Shown: positions 49,714 through 60,014, counted from the stretch's first letter. The stretch is DNA of 64,000 nt from an uncultured Oscillospiraceae bacterium (GCA_910588455.1 CAJUPG010000001.1:1592-65591); one strand, 5' to 3'. Notes: generated from the letters alone by a model not told the origin. Translations and numbers: made by a program.

Positions 49714-50300
49714 TCCAATAATTTCCGCCCCTCCTCCGGGCCGTAACAGTGGTTCAGTACCGCCAGCAAGCCGTTGGCCGACAGATGCTCCGGCAGATCT
49801 AACCGCTTCAGCAGTATCTTTCGCTTTTGGGCGCTGTCCGGGCCCCCTGCGAGACCCGCCGCGCACAGGTCCGCCTTGGAAATGGGGGGACCCGCAAAAG
49901 GTCGGGGGGCGTTTTCGTCCAAAATGGTGGCGTTTGCCCTACGCAAAACATCCTCCAAAACCCCCGGCGGCATCCCCTCCACTCCCAGCTTGCCCTCCTT
50001 GCCCGGTCTGGCCTTCCGGCGCTCCTTGCCGTACACGTCGGGAATATAGGCGTGCTTTAAAAATTGGGGCGGAACCGCGCTTTTGATGCGGTTGCGAATG
50101 ACAAAACCCGCCCCGTCGGAGTCGGTGAGGACAATAAGTCCCCGAGTTCGGGCTGCACGGCCCAGCAGAGCCAGCTGCTCCGGATTTTTGAAGATACCGA
50201 ACCCCGCCGTCTCCAGGATCAGGGTGTCCACCACCTGAGAAATGGCGTTTTTATCGTACCGGCCCTCCACCACAATGGCCTCCTGAATCCGCAGCTTCAT
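49710..50300 (-). CDS. rnmV: Ribonuclease M5-like toprim protein
   Basis: IVVEGRYD, LTDSDGAG, LGVEG. Confidence 0.8.
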   Translation of the reverse strand: MKLRIQEAIVVEGRYDKNAISQVVDTLILETAGFGIFKNPEQLALLGRAARTRGLIVLTDSDGAGFVIRNRIKSAVPPQFLKHAYIPDVYGKERRKARPGKEGKLGVEGMPPGVLEDVLRRANATILDENAPRPFAGPPISKADLCAAGLAGGPDSAQKRKILLKRLDLPEHLSANGLLAVLNHCYGPEEGRKLLE

Positions 50301-51334
50301 ACCGGCGCCGCCAATTCCAGCACCAAGCCTGTCAACAGGCCCTGGGGCTCCTGGCCGGTGGACTTCATGGCCAAATCAATCTCGCCGCACCGGATGGCCG
50401 CGCGGCGGCACCAGGGCAGAGAAAACCGCCGGGCCATCCCCATGAGCTTTTCCGAGGGGTAGGGCTTCAGCCCCCATAGCTGGGCCACATAGGAGGTACC
50501 CCGTCCGGACTCTAAGGCCAGCCGCGCACTGTAAAGCTGCCGCACTTGACGGCTGAGAGACCAGAGAATGCGGATGGGCGCCTCCTGCATTTGGTACAGC
50601 TCCCCCAGCACAGCCAGGGCGCGGTCAAATTTTCCAGCCCCGATGGCGTCGGTCATGCCATACACCACCGCGTCCAGCTGGGGCGTAGCCACCGCGTCAA
50701 TGTCCTCCCGGGTAATCCGCGCCCCTTTGGCGTAAGCCCCTACCTTCTCAATTTCGCCTGCCAGATTGGTCATCAAATCGCCGCACAGGAAAATAAACTC
50801 CAAAGCCAGCTTGGTGTCGATGTCTTTTTCCAAGGCCCGGAACCGGCGGCGTACCCAGTCCACCAGATTTTTCTGGTCCTGGCGGACAAAATGAACCACT
50901 GTGCCGTATTCCTTCAGGGCGGCAGCCAGTTTGGTCCGGGCGTCCCCCTTATAGGGGATTAAATCGTACACAAAGACCACACAGCAGTAGTCCGGCAGCT
51001 GAGCAAAAATCCGGCCGTAGCTCTCGCGGTCCTTTTCCCCGGCTTTAAATAGGTCGTAGTCCGTCACCAACACTAAGGTGCGCTCTCCCATCATGGGCAG
51101 ACAGTCCACCGCCTGCTCCAAGGCCCGCGGGGACATCTCTTTGGCTGCAAGCTCGTGAAGATTGAACGTGCCCATTCCACCGGAGAGAATCAGTTCCTTC
51201 AGTTTGCTTAAATAGTGGTCCCGCAGGTAACTCTCCTCCCCGTGGAGCACGTAGAGCTTCCCCGGTTCGCCTGCCGCCAGGGCTTTTTTAAAGGCTTGGT
51301 AGCCCGAGGTATCTGGCTTTTTTTGTGGGGGCAT
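50297..51334 (-). CDS. holA: DNA polymerase III delta subunit
   Basis: YVLHGEESYL, LPMMGERTLVLV, EIEK, DLAMKS; follows comEC. Confidence 0.9.
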   Translation of the reverse strand: MPPQKKPDTSGYQAFKKALAAGEPGKLYVLHGEESYLRDHYLSKLKELILSGGMGTFNLHELAAKEMSPRALEQAVDCLPMMGERTLVLVTDYDLFKAGEKDRESYGRIFAQLPDYCCVVFVYDLIPYKGDARTKLAAALKEYGTVVHFVRQDQKNLVDWVRRRFRALEKDIDTKLALEFIFLCGDLMTNLAGEIEKVGAYAKGARITREDIDAVATPQLDAVVYGMTDAIGAGKFDRALAVLGELYQMQEAPIRILWSLSRQVRQLYSARLALESGRGTSYVAQLWGLKPYPSEKLMGMARRFSLPWCRRAAIRCGEIDLAMKSTGQEPQGLLTGLVLELAAPV

Positions 51335-51346
51335 CCTACATCCCTC

Positions 51347-53647
51347 CTAATATTTTTGAATGGCAATGGTTCCATTTTGATCCGTGCGGTAAATTTCCGC
51401 ACCGGCTTCCTCCATCCGGTTCAAGGTGCTTTCACTGGGGTGGCCGTACCGGTTATAGGCCCCCACAGAAATGCAGATCACCTCTGGCCGTACCGCCTCC
51501 AGCAGCTCCGGACTGGTGGAATACTCCGAACCATGGTGGCCCGCCACCAGCACCTCAATATCCGGCAAGGCCGTGTGCGCCAGCAGCTTCTGCTCCACAT
51601 CGCTGCCCATATCGCCAGTGACCAGTACGTCGAAGTCCCCGGCAGAGGCCAGCACCGTAAGACCCAGCTCGTTGGTGGACCCCTCCCCCAGAGGGCCGAA
51701 CAGGGTCAAGACAGCTTCGCCCTGAACAGGCAGGGCAATATCATCGGAAACCAGTTGGACCTGGGTTCCGCACTCCTGCGCCTTTTGGAAAATTTCCTCT
51801 CGCAGCGGGTCACCCTCCTCCACGTCAGGGGCATAAAGAAAATTCACTTGCACCCGCTCCAAAAGCTGGGGTATTCCGTTGGCGTGGTCCCCGTGATAAT
51901 GGGACAAAATCAGGTAGTCCAGCCCTCCATAGCCCCGGTCCTGGAGGTAGTCGGCAGCGATGTTTCCCGCTTCGTCCTCCCGGCTTCCGCCGCAGTCCAG
52001 CAGAGCCAGCTGATCTCCCAGCCGCAGCAGAACACTCTGACCCTGCCCTACATCCAGAACCACCAGGGCGATTTCCCCCATCCGGAATGTATACAGGTTG
52101 AGCAGCAGAGCCGCCAAAAAAGCCGCGCACACACTGGTAATTGGAATGGCGGGCCGGATGGGCTCATCCCTGTGCCGCCAGGCCAGGAGAAAGCATCCCG
52201 CCAACAGCCCATATGCGAACACCAGCCAGGCCCGGTAATAGAACGAGTTGGTGGTAACCGCCGCCAGGGGCAGCTTTGCCAGCCCGGGCACAACAGCTTG
52301 CAGGTAGTGGACAAAGGGGATGCCCGGCAGGGCGGCGACCCGCCCCGCGGCGGGACAAAGCGCCCCCAGCACCCCGGCGATCAGGCCGAAAGAGAACGCA
52401 CCCGACACAGCCCAGAGGGTGAGCAGGTTAGACAGGGGTGAGATTAAGGAAATTTTTTCAAAATGAAGAGCCGACAGAGGGGTGGTAAAAACCATCGCGC
52501 CCACAGTGGCACAGCAGGTGGAGACCAAAAACGACAGCAGCTTACCCCCGGTCTTTCCCAGCCGCTTCCGAAGGGGCCGGGAGCGCTCCATCCAGTATCG
52601 CTGCAGGGGCTCGGCGCACAATAGAATGCCCGCCACCGATGCGAAAGACAGCTGAAGCCCAATATGGGCGGCGGCAAAGGGATTCTGGACCAGCATCAGC
52701 AGCAGCGGGAGGGACAGCGCGGTCAGGCCGTCCCGCTCCCGGCCAAACAGCGGCGCCAGCTCCAGCAGAAGAATCATTACCGAAGCCCGGACAATCGAGG
52801 GCGTGCTCCCCGCCACCAGCATAAAAATCAGCGTCACCGGAAGAATGGTCAGGGCGGTACGCCGCTTTCCGCGGCCCAGCAGCAGACTAATCAGCCCCGC
52901 CAGGAAGGCCAGGTGCATTCCGGACACGGCAACCGTGTGGGACAGCCCTGTACGCTGGAGGGAGGAGGTGTAAGGGGCGGACAGATCATCCCGGTTGCCG
53001 GTGACCAGCGCCAAAACCAGAGGCGCATACTGGTCCGGAAAGGCGGCCATCACCCCGTTTTTCAGCCCCCGGGCCCAGAACGCCGGCAGGCGGGCCAGGG
53101 GAACCCGCTCCGGCCGCTCTGTCTCCAGCGCGCCATAGCCTCGGATTCGCAGGAAAATACCCTTGGCCAGATAGTAGGTTACGTCCTCCCCCGCAAAATT
53201 CAAATCCGCCCGCTCACAGTGGCCAATGGTGGAAATCCGGTCCCCCGGCTGAAGCTCCAGCCCCTCCCCGTCCAACGTCAGAAGGGCCTTGACCGAGGTT
53301 CCGTCCACTTGCGCCCGCACCGCCATGGTGCAGCTGCCATAGTTTCCAGCCTTGGGCCACTCCAGTACAGTGGCCGTCATCCGGACCGTTTTTCCGTCCA
53401 GAGCTGCCGCAGGAGCGTAAAACAGCTGGCGGTAGACTCCGCCCCAGGAAAATCCCAGGGTCAGCCCCAAAGCACAGCAGATCAGTTTACGCCGCCAGCG
53501 GGGCCTTCCACCCACCGGCAGCAGAAACAACAGCCACACGCCGGCGCAGGCGGCCCCCAGTGGGAACAGCAGACTCTGGATGGGCAGATATACTCCCACC
53601 AAAATGGCCGCCGCAAACCCGGCCGTCGTCCATGCCAGTACCCGCAC
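51347..53647 (-). CDS. comEC: DNA uptake channel ComEC/Rec2 with MBL domain
   Basis: HTVAVSGMH, SIVRA, GLQLSF; LDVGQG, SHYHGDH, GHHGS, YGHP. Confidence 0.93.
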   Translation of the reverse strand: MRVLAWTTAGFAAAILVGVYLPIQSLLFPLGAACAGVWLLFLLPVGGRPRWRRKLICCALGLTLGFSWGGVYRQLFYAPAAALDGKTVRMTATVLEWPKAGNYGSCTMAVRAQVDGTSVKALLTLDGEGLELQPGDRISTIGHCERADLNFAGEDVTYYLAKGIFLRIRGYGALETERPERVPLARLPAFWARGLKNGVMAAFPDQYAPLVLALVTGNRDDLSAPYTSSLQRTGLSHTVAVSGMHLAFLAGLISLLLGRGKRRTALTILPVTLIFMLVAGSTPSIVRASVMILLLELAPLFGRERDGLTALSLPLLLMLVQNPFAAAHIGLQLSFASVAGILLCAEPLQRYWMERSRPLRKRLGKTGGKLLSFLVSTCCATVGAMVFTTPLSALHFEKISLISPLSNLLTLWAVSGAFSFGLIAGVLGALCPAAGRVAALPGIPFVHYLQAVVPGLAKLPLAAVTTNSFYYRAWLVFAYGLLAGCFLLAWRHRDEPIRPAIPITSVCAAFLAALLLNLYTFRMGEIALVVLDVGQGQSVLLRLGDQLALLDCGGSREDEAGNIAADYLQDRGYGGLDYLILSHYHGDHANGIPQLLERVQVNFLYAPDVEEGDPLREEIFQKAQECGTQVQLVSDDIALPVQGEAVLTLFGPLGEGSTNELGLTVLASAGDFDVLVTGDMGSDVEQKLLAHTALPDIEVLVAGHHGSEYSTSPELLEAVRPEVICISVGAYNRYGHPSESTLNRMEEAGAEIYRTDQNGTIAIQKY

Positions 53648-53665
53648 TGCCGTCCCCCCTTTCCA

Positions 53666-55918
53666 TCAAATCCAGTACAATATGCCGAAGAAGAGCCCGC
53701 CCAGAAGCAGCAAACCGCCTCCGTTGGACTGAATTGCCATCCCCTGGGGCGTCAGCGCCGCCAGCCGCTGGAGCATGGGAGATAACTGGGACAAATCGAC
53801 AAAACAGCCCCCTAAAACGCACAGAATCAGCGCCAGAAAGGGCGCCAGGGTATCCACACGGCCCGCCTGGGGCGACAGGCCGGTGAGCAGCAGAGCCAGC
53901 GCCGCCATACACCAGGAGAAGCAAAGTACAGTCCAGAGAACCTGGGGCGTCCCTATGCCTGCCGGAAGCAAAACCACACACATACACACAGCCGTCAATC
54001 CAAACAGAGCCAGCAGATCCGTCCCCCGGGCCAGCAGTCTCCCCCTGGGCTGAGCCCGCAAGCGGCCCGTCACCCGGCGGCAGTCCTCCCGGCCCGTCCA
54101 GGCGGCCCAGGTCAGGGCGCACAGGGTAGCCGACAGCACCGCAAATCCCATAGAGCTGGGCTGAAAGAGGCTCCGGGTCTTTCCCTGGGCGGTGGTGATG
54201 CGAAACAGAGGCGGTTGGTTTTCATTCAAACGGTCGATGGTTTGGAACAGCTCCTCCTGGGAAACGCCGTCCATCCGCTGTGCGGACTCCTCCAGGGCCC
54301 ACACCCGGCTGCGCAGGATGGCCGTATGGCCGGCAATCATTTCACGGGCCGCCCGGGCGGAATGGGAGCTGGCCGTCCCCCGATAGGTCATGGGCAGCTG
54401 CTCCGCGCCGCTGTCAAGGGCCGCGCCAAACCCAGGGGACAGGGTCAAAAGCCCCTCGGTCTGTCCGGTCAGAAGCAGGCGCTCCCCCTCCTTCTCTGTA
54501 CAGGAAATCAGCTTTACGGTGCTGGTATTTCCAAGGGAATCCAGCATCTCCTGGCTGTGGACCGAGCCGTCCTTGTCCACCACAGCCAGCACCAGACTCT
54601 CCTGGGCCTCCTGGCGCAGCGCATAGGCGGAACCCGCTCCACACAGCAGAAGCAGCGTCAGGGCAATAATCAAGCTAACAGCCCCACCAGACATAGCGTT
54701 TCCCTTCAAAAAGAGAATGGAATAAATCGGGGTGTCCGTCTTTCTGTAAGGCAAAATCCCTTTATAGCGCTTCCACTGCAAGGCAGTGAGCAGGACGGCC
54801 CCAAGTGCCAGTCCTGCCAAGGGCCACAGCCACGATAAAAGATTGCCCCCCTGGGCAATCAGCTCCACCCCAAGTCCCGCATAATACGGAAGGGTGAAGG
54901 GTGCCAGCCATTGCAGGGGCTTGGGCAGCAGAGCCAAGGGGTACAGGCCGCCTCCGGCCAGCAGGGAAACCAGTAGATACAGGTTTCCCCATCTCTGGGC
55001 CCGCTCCTCCTCCCAGGCCCAAAGGGCCAGGCAGAGCATCAGGCAGAAGGCACACAGAAGCAGCGCTCCGCCCAAAAGCGCCAGCCCAATCAAGTCTTTT
55101 GGCCCAAACACCGCCAGCAGCAGCCCCAGGGCCGGAACGGCAAGCACTAACACACAAAGCAGCTTAGACAGGGCGAAGGCCCCCAGTCCGCCCCCAGCGC
55201 TTCGATATCGGGCCAGCAGACCCAAACGCAGCTCCTGGGGGACAGTTTTCGCCGCTGCCAGAGCAAAAAACAGACACAAAACCGAGAGGGTGCTGGCAAA
55301 CAGCCTCCGCTCCAGAGCTCCCCGTACGTCGGAGACCGTCACCCCGCCGTCGAACACCGCCTGCCGGCTGAGAGCGTCCCAGACCAGACGCTGGGATGAC
55401 TGCTCATAGAGCTCCGCCTCCAACGCCGGGGTCAAATCTCCATAGCAGTACTGATATACCCCCAAAAGAGCGGTCTGGTCCGCCTGAATAATTCCCATAA
55501 CGCTCTCAAACATAGAGCCAAATAACTGGGATTCCAACGGCATGGAGCCGTTCAGAGTGACCGGGACCTCCTGGTTATCCATGGTATACATGGTATAAAA
55601 AAAGTCCTTTGGAATGGTAACCACCGCCGCTGCTCCCTGCTGGAGCAGTTCCAGATCCGACTGGTCCTCCCGGGCGGTTATCACCTCAGAAAACAATTCA
55701 ATCTGCTCCATCTGCCCCACAAGAGAGCGGGACATAAGGGTGTGATCCAAATCCCGGACGGCAATGGCGAAGGGCTGTATGGCCGTCTGCTGGGAGTAAT
55801 CCCCCATTCCCGCCCCCAAAGCCAGAAACAGCAGCACCGGCAGCAGAATCGACCACCAGCCGCTCCCCTTCAGCAGCAGCCTGCAATCTTTGAACAGGGA
55901 TGCCCGCAGTCCGCTCAT
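53666..55918 (-). CDS. ABC-2-type permease, apparently two fused halves
   Basis: Two TM-(AVxDxD.S..S)-extracellular-TM repeats; GGGLYP and LGGCF motifs; ATGA coupling to the ATPase gene. Confidence 0.75.
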   Translation of the reverse strand: MSGLRASLFKDCRLLLKGSGWWSILLPVLLFLALGAGMGDYSQQTAIQPFAIAVRDLDHTLMSRSLVGQMEQIELFSEVITAREDQSDLELLQQGAAAVVTIPKDFFYTMYTMDNQEVPVTLNGSMPLESQLFGSMFESVMGIIQADQTALLGVYQYCYGDLTPALEAELYEQSSQRLVWDALSRQAVFDGGVTVSDVRGALERRLFASTLSVLCLFFALAAAKTVPQELRLGLLARYRSAGGGLGAFALSKLLCVLVLAVPALGLLLAVFGPKDLIGLALLGGALLLCAFCLMLCLALWAWEEERAQRWGNLYLLVSLLAGGGLYPLALLPKPLQWLAPFTLPYYAGLGVELIAQGGNLLSWLWPLAGLALGAVLLTALQWKRYKGILPYRKTDTPIYSILFLKGNAMSGGAVSLIIALTLLLLCGAGSAYALRQEAQESLVLAVVDKDGSVHSQEMLDSLGNTSTVKLISCTEKEGERLLLTGQTEGLLTLSPGFGAALDSGAEQLPMTYRGTASSHSARAAREMIAGHTAILRSRVWALEESAQRMDGVSQEELFQTIDRLNENQPPLFRITTAQGKTRSLFQPSSMGFAVLSATLCALTWAAWTGREDCRRVTGRLRAQPRGRLLARGTDLLALFGLTAVCMCVVLLPAGIGTPQVLWTVLCFSWCMAALALLLTGLSPQAGRVDTLAPFLALILCVLGGCFVDLSQLSPMLQRLAALTPQGMAIQSNGGGLLLLGGLFFGILYWI

Positions 55919-56556
55919 GGCCGGACCTCCTCTGTAATGCGTCCCCCGGACAGGGTGATCAGCCGGGTGCACACCTGCTCCAGCTCCCCGCGCCGGTGGC
56001 TGACCAGTACCACACTGCATCCCTGCTCTCCCAGCTGCTTCACCATGGACAGCATCAGCTGGGCGGACGCTTCATCCGCTCCCGCTGTCGGTTCGTCCAG
56101 CAGCAGGAGCTTGGGCGTCCCCATCAGAGCGGTGGCCAGATGAAGCCGCCGCTTCATGCCGCCGGAATAGGCGGATGCGGGAACCCGTGCCTTCTCCTCC
56201 AGATTCATCTCCCGCAGCAGCCACCGGCTGCGGGCCTCGCAGGGCTTGGAAGGCAGATGGTGTACCTTTCCCCAAAAGCGCAGGTTGTCCAGCCCTGACA
56301 AGCTTTCATAAAGGGCGGGCTCCTGAGGGGCGTAGCCCACCCGGCCCCGAAGCTCCGGGCTGATCTGGATTGCTCCGCCGTCCGGCTTCTGCACCCCGGC
56401 CAGCAGGGACAGCAGAGTGCTCTTCCCTGCGCCGTTCTCCCCCCGGATGCCAATCAATTCTCCTGGAAAAATCTCCAGGGACAAGGGCCCCAGAACCTTG
56501 GGAGCTCTGGAGCCGTATCCCTTGACGATTTCCCGCAGACTACAAACCGCCTCCAT
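55915..56556 (-). CDS. ABC transporter ATP-binding protein
   Basis: GENGAGKST, YSGGM, LLLDEPT, SH switch. Confidence 0.93.
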   Translation of the reverse strand: MEAVCSLREIVKGYGSRAPKVLGPLSLEIFPGELIGIRGENGAGKSTLLSLLAGVQKPDGGAIQISPELRGRVGYAPQEPALYESLSGLDNLRFWGKVHHLPSKPCEARSRWLLREMNLEEKARVPASAYSGGMKRRLHLATALMGTPKLLLLDEPTAGADEASAQLMLSMVKQLGEQGCSVVLVSHRRGELEQVCTRLITLSGGRITEEVRP

Positions 56557-56559
56557 CGG

Positions 56560-58110
56560 TCAAATCCCGGACAACTGGCCAGACAGCAGGTACACCAGCT
56601 GATCCAGCCCTTCCACCAGTTCCAACAGGTCCTCTTCCTCATGGACCTGCACCGCAGAAACGTCGGGAGCGGCAATTTGAGAGGGTTGGTCTGTGGTGTG
56701 GAGGGTAAAAAACAACTCCTCCACGCCCATATTATATAGGCCGCTCTCCTCCATCAGCCCCTGTCCGGTAAGGGTCAGAGTGTGGTCGCTGCCGCCGTTT
56801 TCGCCTGGGCCAACGGTAAGCATCATTTCCATCTCATTCTCCCAGGTGTATTCTGCGGAGTGCATGGACAGGACGTAAGTTCCATAGGGAATCTGCAAAA
56901 TGGACTTCTGCGCCGGGTCGATCTCATACTCCACTTGGAGCGATACATCGCCGCTCCAGTCGTCTTGGGCGAAAAGAATCCACCGGCCACTGTTTTTGTC
57001 CGCTTTTTCGTGCTGGAGCGCAACGACACATTCCCCATCGTCATCCAGGTAAAAAATCATACCGCTCTTGCCGGACTCGAAACCAAAAGCCTTCTCTCCC
57101 CCGTCGTCCTCCCAGGCGATCCGCTCATAACAGATGCGGCCATCCCGGATATAGACCTGGGTGTAGAAGCCATCGTCCACCACTTCGCGGGCCATTTCCC
57201 GGGCGTTTTCCCGGAGTTCCTCCACCATATCATCCAGATATTCGTCCAAATCTTCGTCATAGGATATTCCAAGCACCACAGCGGGATAGTATTCCTCCCA
57301 GAACACCCGCATGGCGTCCCGGAGCTCCTGGTTTTCCTCCAGCTCGCTGGCCAGCCGGCGGAACATCTCCTCCACATCCCTCTCGCTCGGGCGGAAGGTG
57401 TAGCAGTCGGCCCGGACCGACTCCCCCAGCTGGGGCAGACGGACGCTTTTTCCCGGCTCCATGGTCAGATTTTGTTCGTTAACCATCTCCAAAAAGATGT
57501 CCAGGTAGGTCCGCCACAGCTTTTGCCACTCCTCCAGAGACAGGCCGCTGGCCCGCAGCGCCTCCAACTGGGCAAAGTCCGCCCCATCCTTCTCGTACCA
57601 CTCCTCAAGATCAAAGAGATAATATTTCTCGCTGGCCTCCGGGATGTAGAGACCAAGCTGCCCGTCCTCATAGGTGAACTGGGCGGTAATCAGGGTGGCA
57701 CCACTCCAGACCAGGTCGATCAGGGTATTGATCCGCTGTCCGGACGCGTCCAGCTTCCAATTCGCGGAAATCTGACGGAAATACGCATTCAAAAAGGCGT
57801 TGTCCACCCCCATGCTCAGGTGCATATCCGTAGAAAATTCCTCGATCTGCCGCTCTGGCAGGGCCGGGGTCAGGGCCTCCCGATGGACCTGGACGAACTC
57901 TTCCACAGGCGAAGCCCCTGCCGCAGAAAACATCCGTACCAGCAGGAACACCACAGCCAGCGCCGCCAGCACGCCGCCGCCGATGGCAAAAAATTTCTTT
58001 GTATTTTGTGGGGTCTTCCCCCCGCCTAAGCCTGCCGGAGTCCCGCAGAAGGGACACTTTCCAGTGCCCTCCTCCAGACGGGTGCCGCAGTTGGGACAAA
58101 ATCGATCCAT
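56560..58110 (-). CDS. Zinc-ribbon, single-TM, acidic extracellular protein
   Basis: FCPNCG...CPFCG; TM at about aa 40-60; D/E-rich C-terminal region. Confidence 0.75.
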   Translation of the reverse strand: MDRFCPNCGTRLEEGTGKCPFCGTPAGLGGGKTPQNTKKFFAIGGGVLAALAVVFLLVRMFSAAGASPVEEFVQVHREALTPALPERQIEEFSTDMHLSMGVDNAFLNAYFRQISANWKLDASGQRINTLIDLVWSGATLITAQFTYEDGQLGLYIPEASEKYYLFDLEEWYEKDGADFAQLEALRASGLSLEEWQKLWRTYLDIFLEMVNEQNLTMEPGKSVRLPQLGESVRADCYTFRPSERDVEEMFRRLASELEENQELRDAMRVFWEEYYPAVVLGISYDEDLDEYLDDMVEELRENAREMAREVVDDGFYTQVYIRDGRICYERIAWEDDGGEKAFGFESGKSGMIFYLDDDGECVVALQHEKADKNSGRWILFAQDDWSGDVSLQVEYEIDPAQKSILQIPYGTYVLSMHSAEYTWENEMEMMLTVGPGENGGSDHTLTLTGQGLMEESGLYNMGVEELFFTLHTTDQPSQIAAPDVSAVQVHEEEDLLELVEGLDQLVYLLSGQLSGI

Positions 58111-58142
58111 ACGCAAACCCTCCGTACACAAATAATGTATTT

Positions 58143-58171
58143 ATTGTACCTCTTTTTTCCCCTGCTGTCAA
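58143..58171 (-). promoter_or_regulatory. SigA promoter heading the Zn-ribbon/ABC/comEC/holA block
   Basis: TTGACA-17-TACAAT. Confidence 0.75.
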
Positions 58172-58218
58172 CGAAACCGGAACGGTATGGAGGAAACAGC
58201 GTGGGTGGTGGTTTTAAT

Positions 58219-58254
58219 AAAAAATTGCCGGAGCAAAGCGGACTTTGCTCCGGC
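58219..58254 (-). terminator. Terminator after tRNA-Pro
   Basis: GCCGGAGCAAAG-4nt-CTTTGCTCCGGC then AATTTTTT on minus strand. Confidence 0.8.
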
Positions 58255-58255
58255 G

Positions 58256-58331
58256 TGGTCGGAGTGCGGGGACTCGAACCCCGGGCCTCCTGCTCCCAAA
58301 GCAGGCGCGCTACCAACTGCGCAACACCCCG
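58256..58331 (-). tRNA. tRNA-Pro(UGG)
   Basis: CGGGGTG/CACTCCG acceptor stem, D-arm GCGC, anticodon arm CCTGC-TTTGGGA-GCAGG, T-loop TTCGAGT, encoded CCA. Confidence 0.97.
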
Positions 58332-58353
58332 TCCTCTTTCAAGGACCTTACAC

Positions 58354-58382
58354 AGTATAGTATATTTCAGAAAAGAATGCAA
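58354..58382 (-). promoter_or_regulatory. SigA promoter of tRNA-Pro
   Basis: TTGCAT-17-TATACT. Confidence 0.7.
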
Positions 58383-58406
58383 GCTTTTTCTCCTCCCGGA
58401 AGCAGC

Positions 58407-58437
58407 AAAAAGCAGGGACCGTCTCGGCGGTCCCTGC
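58407..58437 (-). terminator. Terminator after symporter gene
   Basis: GCAGGGACCG-6nt-CGGTCCCTGC-TTTTT on minus strand. Confidence 0.8.
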
Positions 58438-58460
58438 CTGCGCATAAAAGGAACAGATGC

Positions 58461-59894
58461 TTAGTTCCAGAAATCGGTCTGTTCGGTAATTCCGGCCTTG
58501 GACTTTTTGAACACCGGGTCGTCGCCCCGGCGCTTCTGCTCCAGATAGTCCTCCAGAGCCCGCATGGCGCGGCCGCCCAGAATGACAATCACCGGCAGGT
58601 TGATAATGGCCATCACGCCCATGAGCACGTCGGCCAGATCCCACACCATGCCGAAGGACAGCTGCGCGCCCAGGAATACCAGCGCCACGGCGATGATGTT
58701 GAACACCATCATGCCCTGCTTGCTGACCTTACGGCCAGCAATGTAGTTCAAGCAGCCTTCGCAGTAGAACAGGTTGCCCAGCAGCGTGGTGAACGCGAAG
58801 AGCAGCAGCGCGAAAGTGATGAAGTAGGGGCCGAAGCTGCCGAAGGTAGTGGCCAGAGATGCCTGCACAAAGGGAGCGCCCTTCAGCTCCTCGGAGGGGA
58901 TGATGCCGGTACACAGAGCCATCAGTGCGGTGGCGGTACAGATGAGGATAGTGTCGATAAACACGGACAGCATCTGCACCAGACCCTGCTTCACGGGGTG
59001 GGACACATCGGCCGCCGCCGCCGCGTTGGGGGCGGAGCCCACGCCGGCCTCGTTGGAGTACAGGCCGCGCTTGATGCCCTGCATCAGAGCGGAACCGGCG
59101 AAGCCGCCGAAAATGGCCTTGAAGTTGAACGCCTCGCTGAAGATGTGGCCGAATACCATGGGAACATTGCCGATGTTCAGCACCACGACCACCAGGGACA
59201 TAAAGATGTACAGAACGCCCATCACAGGGACCATTACGCCGGTGACCTTGACGATGCGCTTACCGCCGCCGAAGATACACACGCCGACCAGGACAGCCAA
59301 AACAGCGCCGCCCACCAGGGCCACAACGCTGAACTCCTTGCCGCCCAGTGTGATTGTACCCGCCGTCTCATAGAAGCTGTAGCCGGTGAAGCTGTCAATC
59401 AGGTTGTAGGAGGCCAGCATATTGAAGCCTCCGGCGTAGGTGGCGATCAAAGCCGCAGCAAAGACCATGCCCAGACCACGGCTGTGCAGCGCGGCCTCGA
59501 TGTAGTAAGCGGGTCCGCCGTAGCTGCCGCCGTCGGGGTCCTTCTTCTTGTAAATCTGTGCCAGGGTGCTCTCAATAAAGGCGGACGCGCCGCCCACGAT
59601 GGCGATGATCCACATCCAGAACACCGCGCCGTAGCCGCCAATGGCAATGGCGTTGGCCACACCAACGATATTGCCCGTACCCACGCGGCTGGCAGTGGAG
59701 ACCATCAAGGCCTCAAACGCGGACACGCTGTTTGCATCGTCGGACTTCTCCGACACCACGCGGATGGACTCGCCCAGCAGACGCAGCTGCACGCCTTTGG
59801 TCCGGATGGTGAAGTAGATACCTACTCCCAGCAGCATGATGATCAGGATATAGCTGTACATCACGTCGCTGATGCTACTGATAATTGCGCCCAT
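58461..59894 (-). CDS. Alanine/glycine:cation symporter (AGCS family)
   Basis: ASRVGTGNIVGVA, GAVFWMW, GGPAYY, RGLYSNEAGVGSAP, DTILICTAT. Confidence 0.95.
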   Translation of the reverse strand: MGAIISSISDVMYSYILIIMLLGVGIYFTIRTKGVQLRLLGESIRVVSEKSDDANSVSAFEALMVSTASRVGTGNIVGVANAIAIGGYGAVFWMWIIAIVGGASAFIESTLAQIYKKKDPDGGSYGGPAYYIEAALHSRGLGMVFAAALIATYAGGFNMLASYNLIDSFTGYSFYETAGTITLGGKEFSVVALVGGAVLAVLVGVCIFGGGKRIVKVTGVMVPVMGVLYIFMSLVVVVLNIGNVPMVFGHIFSEAFNFKAIFGGFAGSALMQGIKRGLYSNEAGVGSAPNAAAAADVSHPVKQGLVQMLSVFIDTILICTATALMALCTGIIPSEELKGAPFVQASLATTFGSFGPYFITFALLLFAFTTLLGNLFYCEGCLNYIAGRKVSKQGMMVFNIIAVALVFLGAQLSFGMVWDLADVLMGVMAIINLPVIVILGGRAMRALEDYLEQKRRGDDPVFKKSKAGITEQTDFWN

Positions 59895-60014
59895 AAATTT
59901 ACCTCTCTCCCTTCAAAAATTGTGACTATTATACCATAGCCTTTTGGGAAAAGCTAGAGGATTTTTCAACTTTGTAAATTTTCTGTTAAAAAATATAGGA
60001 ATGGCGTTTATTTT

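Noticed and set aside
53666..58255. Genomic island integrated at the tRNA-Pro 3' end
   Set aside because: No integrase adjacent, no duplicated tRNA 3' end seen, and composition matches the flanks.
59977..59991. CodY-like boxes (AATTTTCTGTTAAAA here; AATTTTCGGAAAAAC at 26567)
   Set aside because: Three to four mismatches in AT-rich intergenic DNA; not distinguishable from chance by eye.
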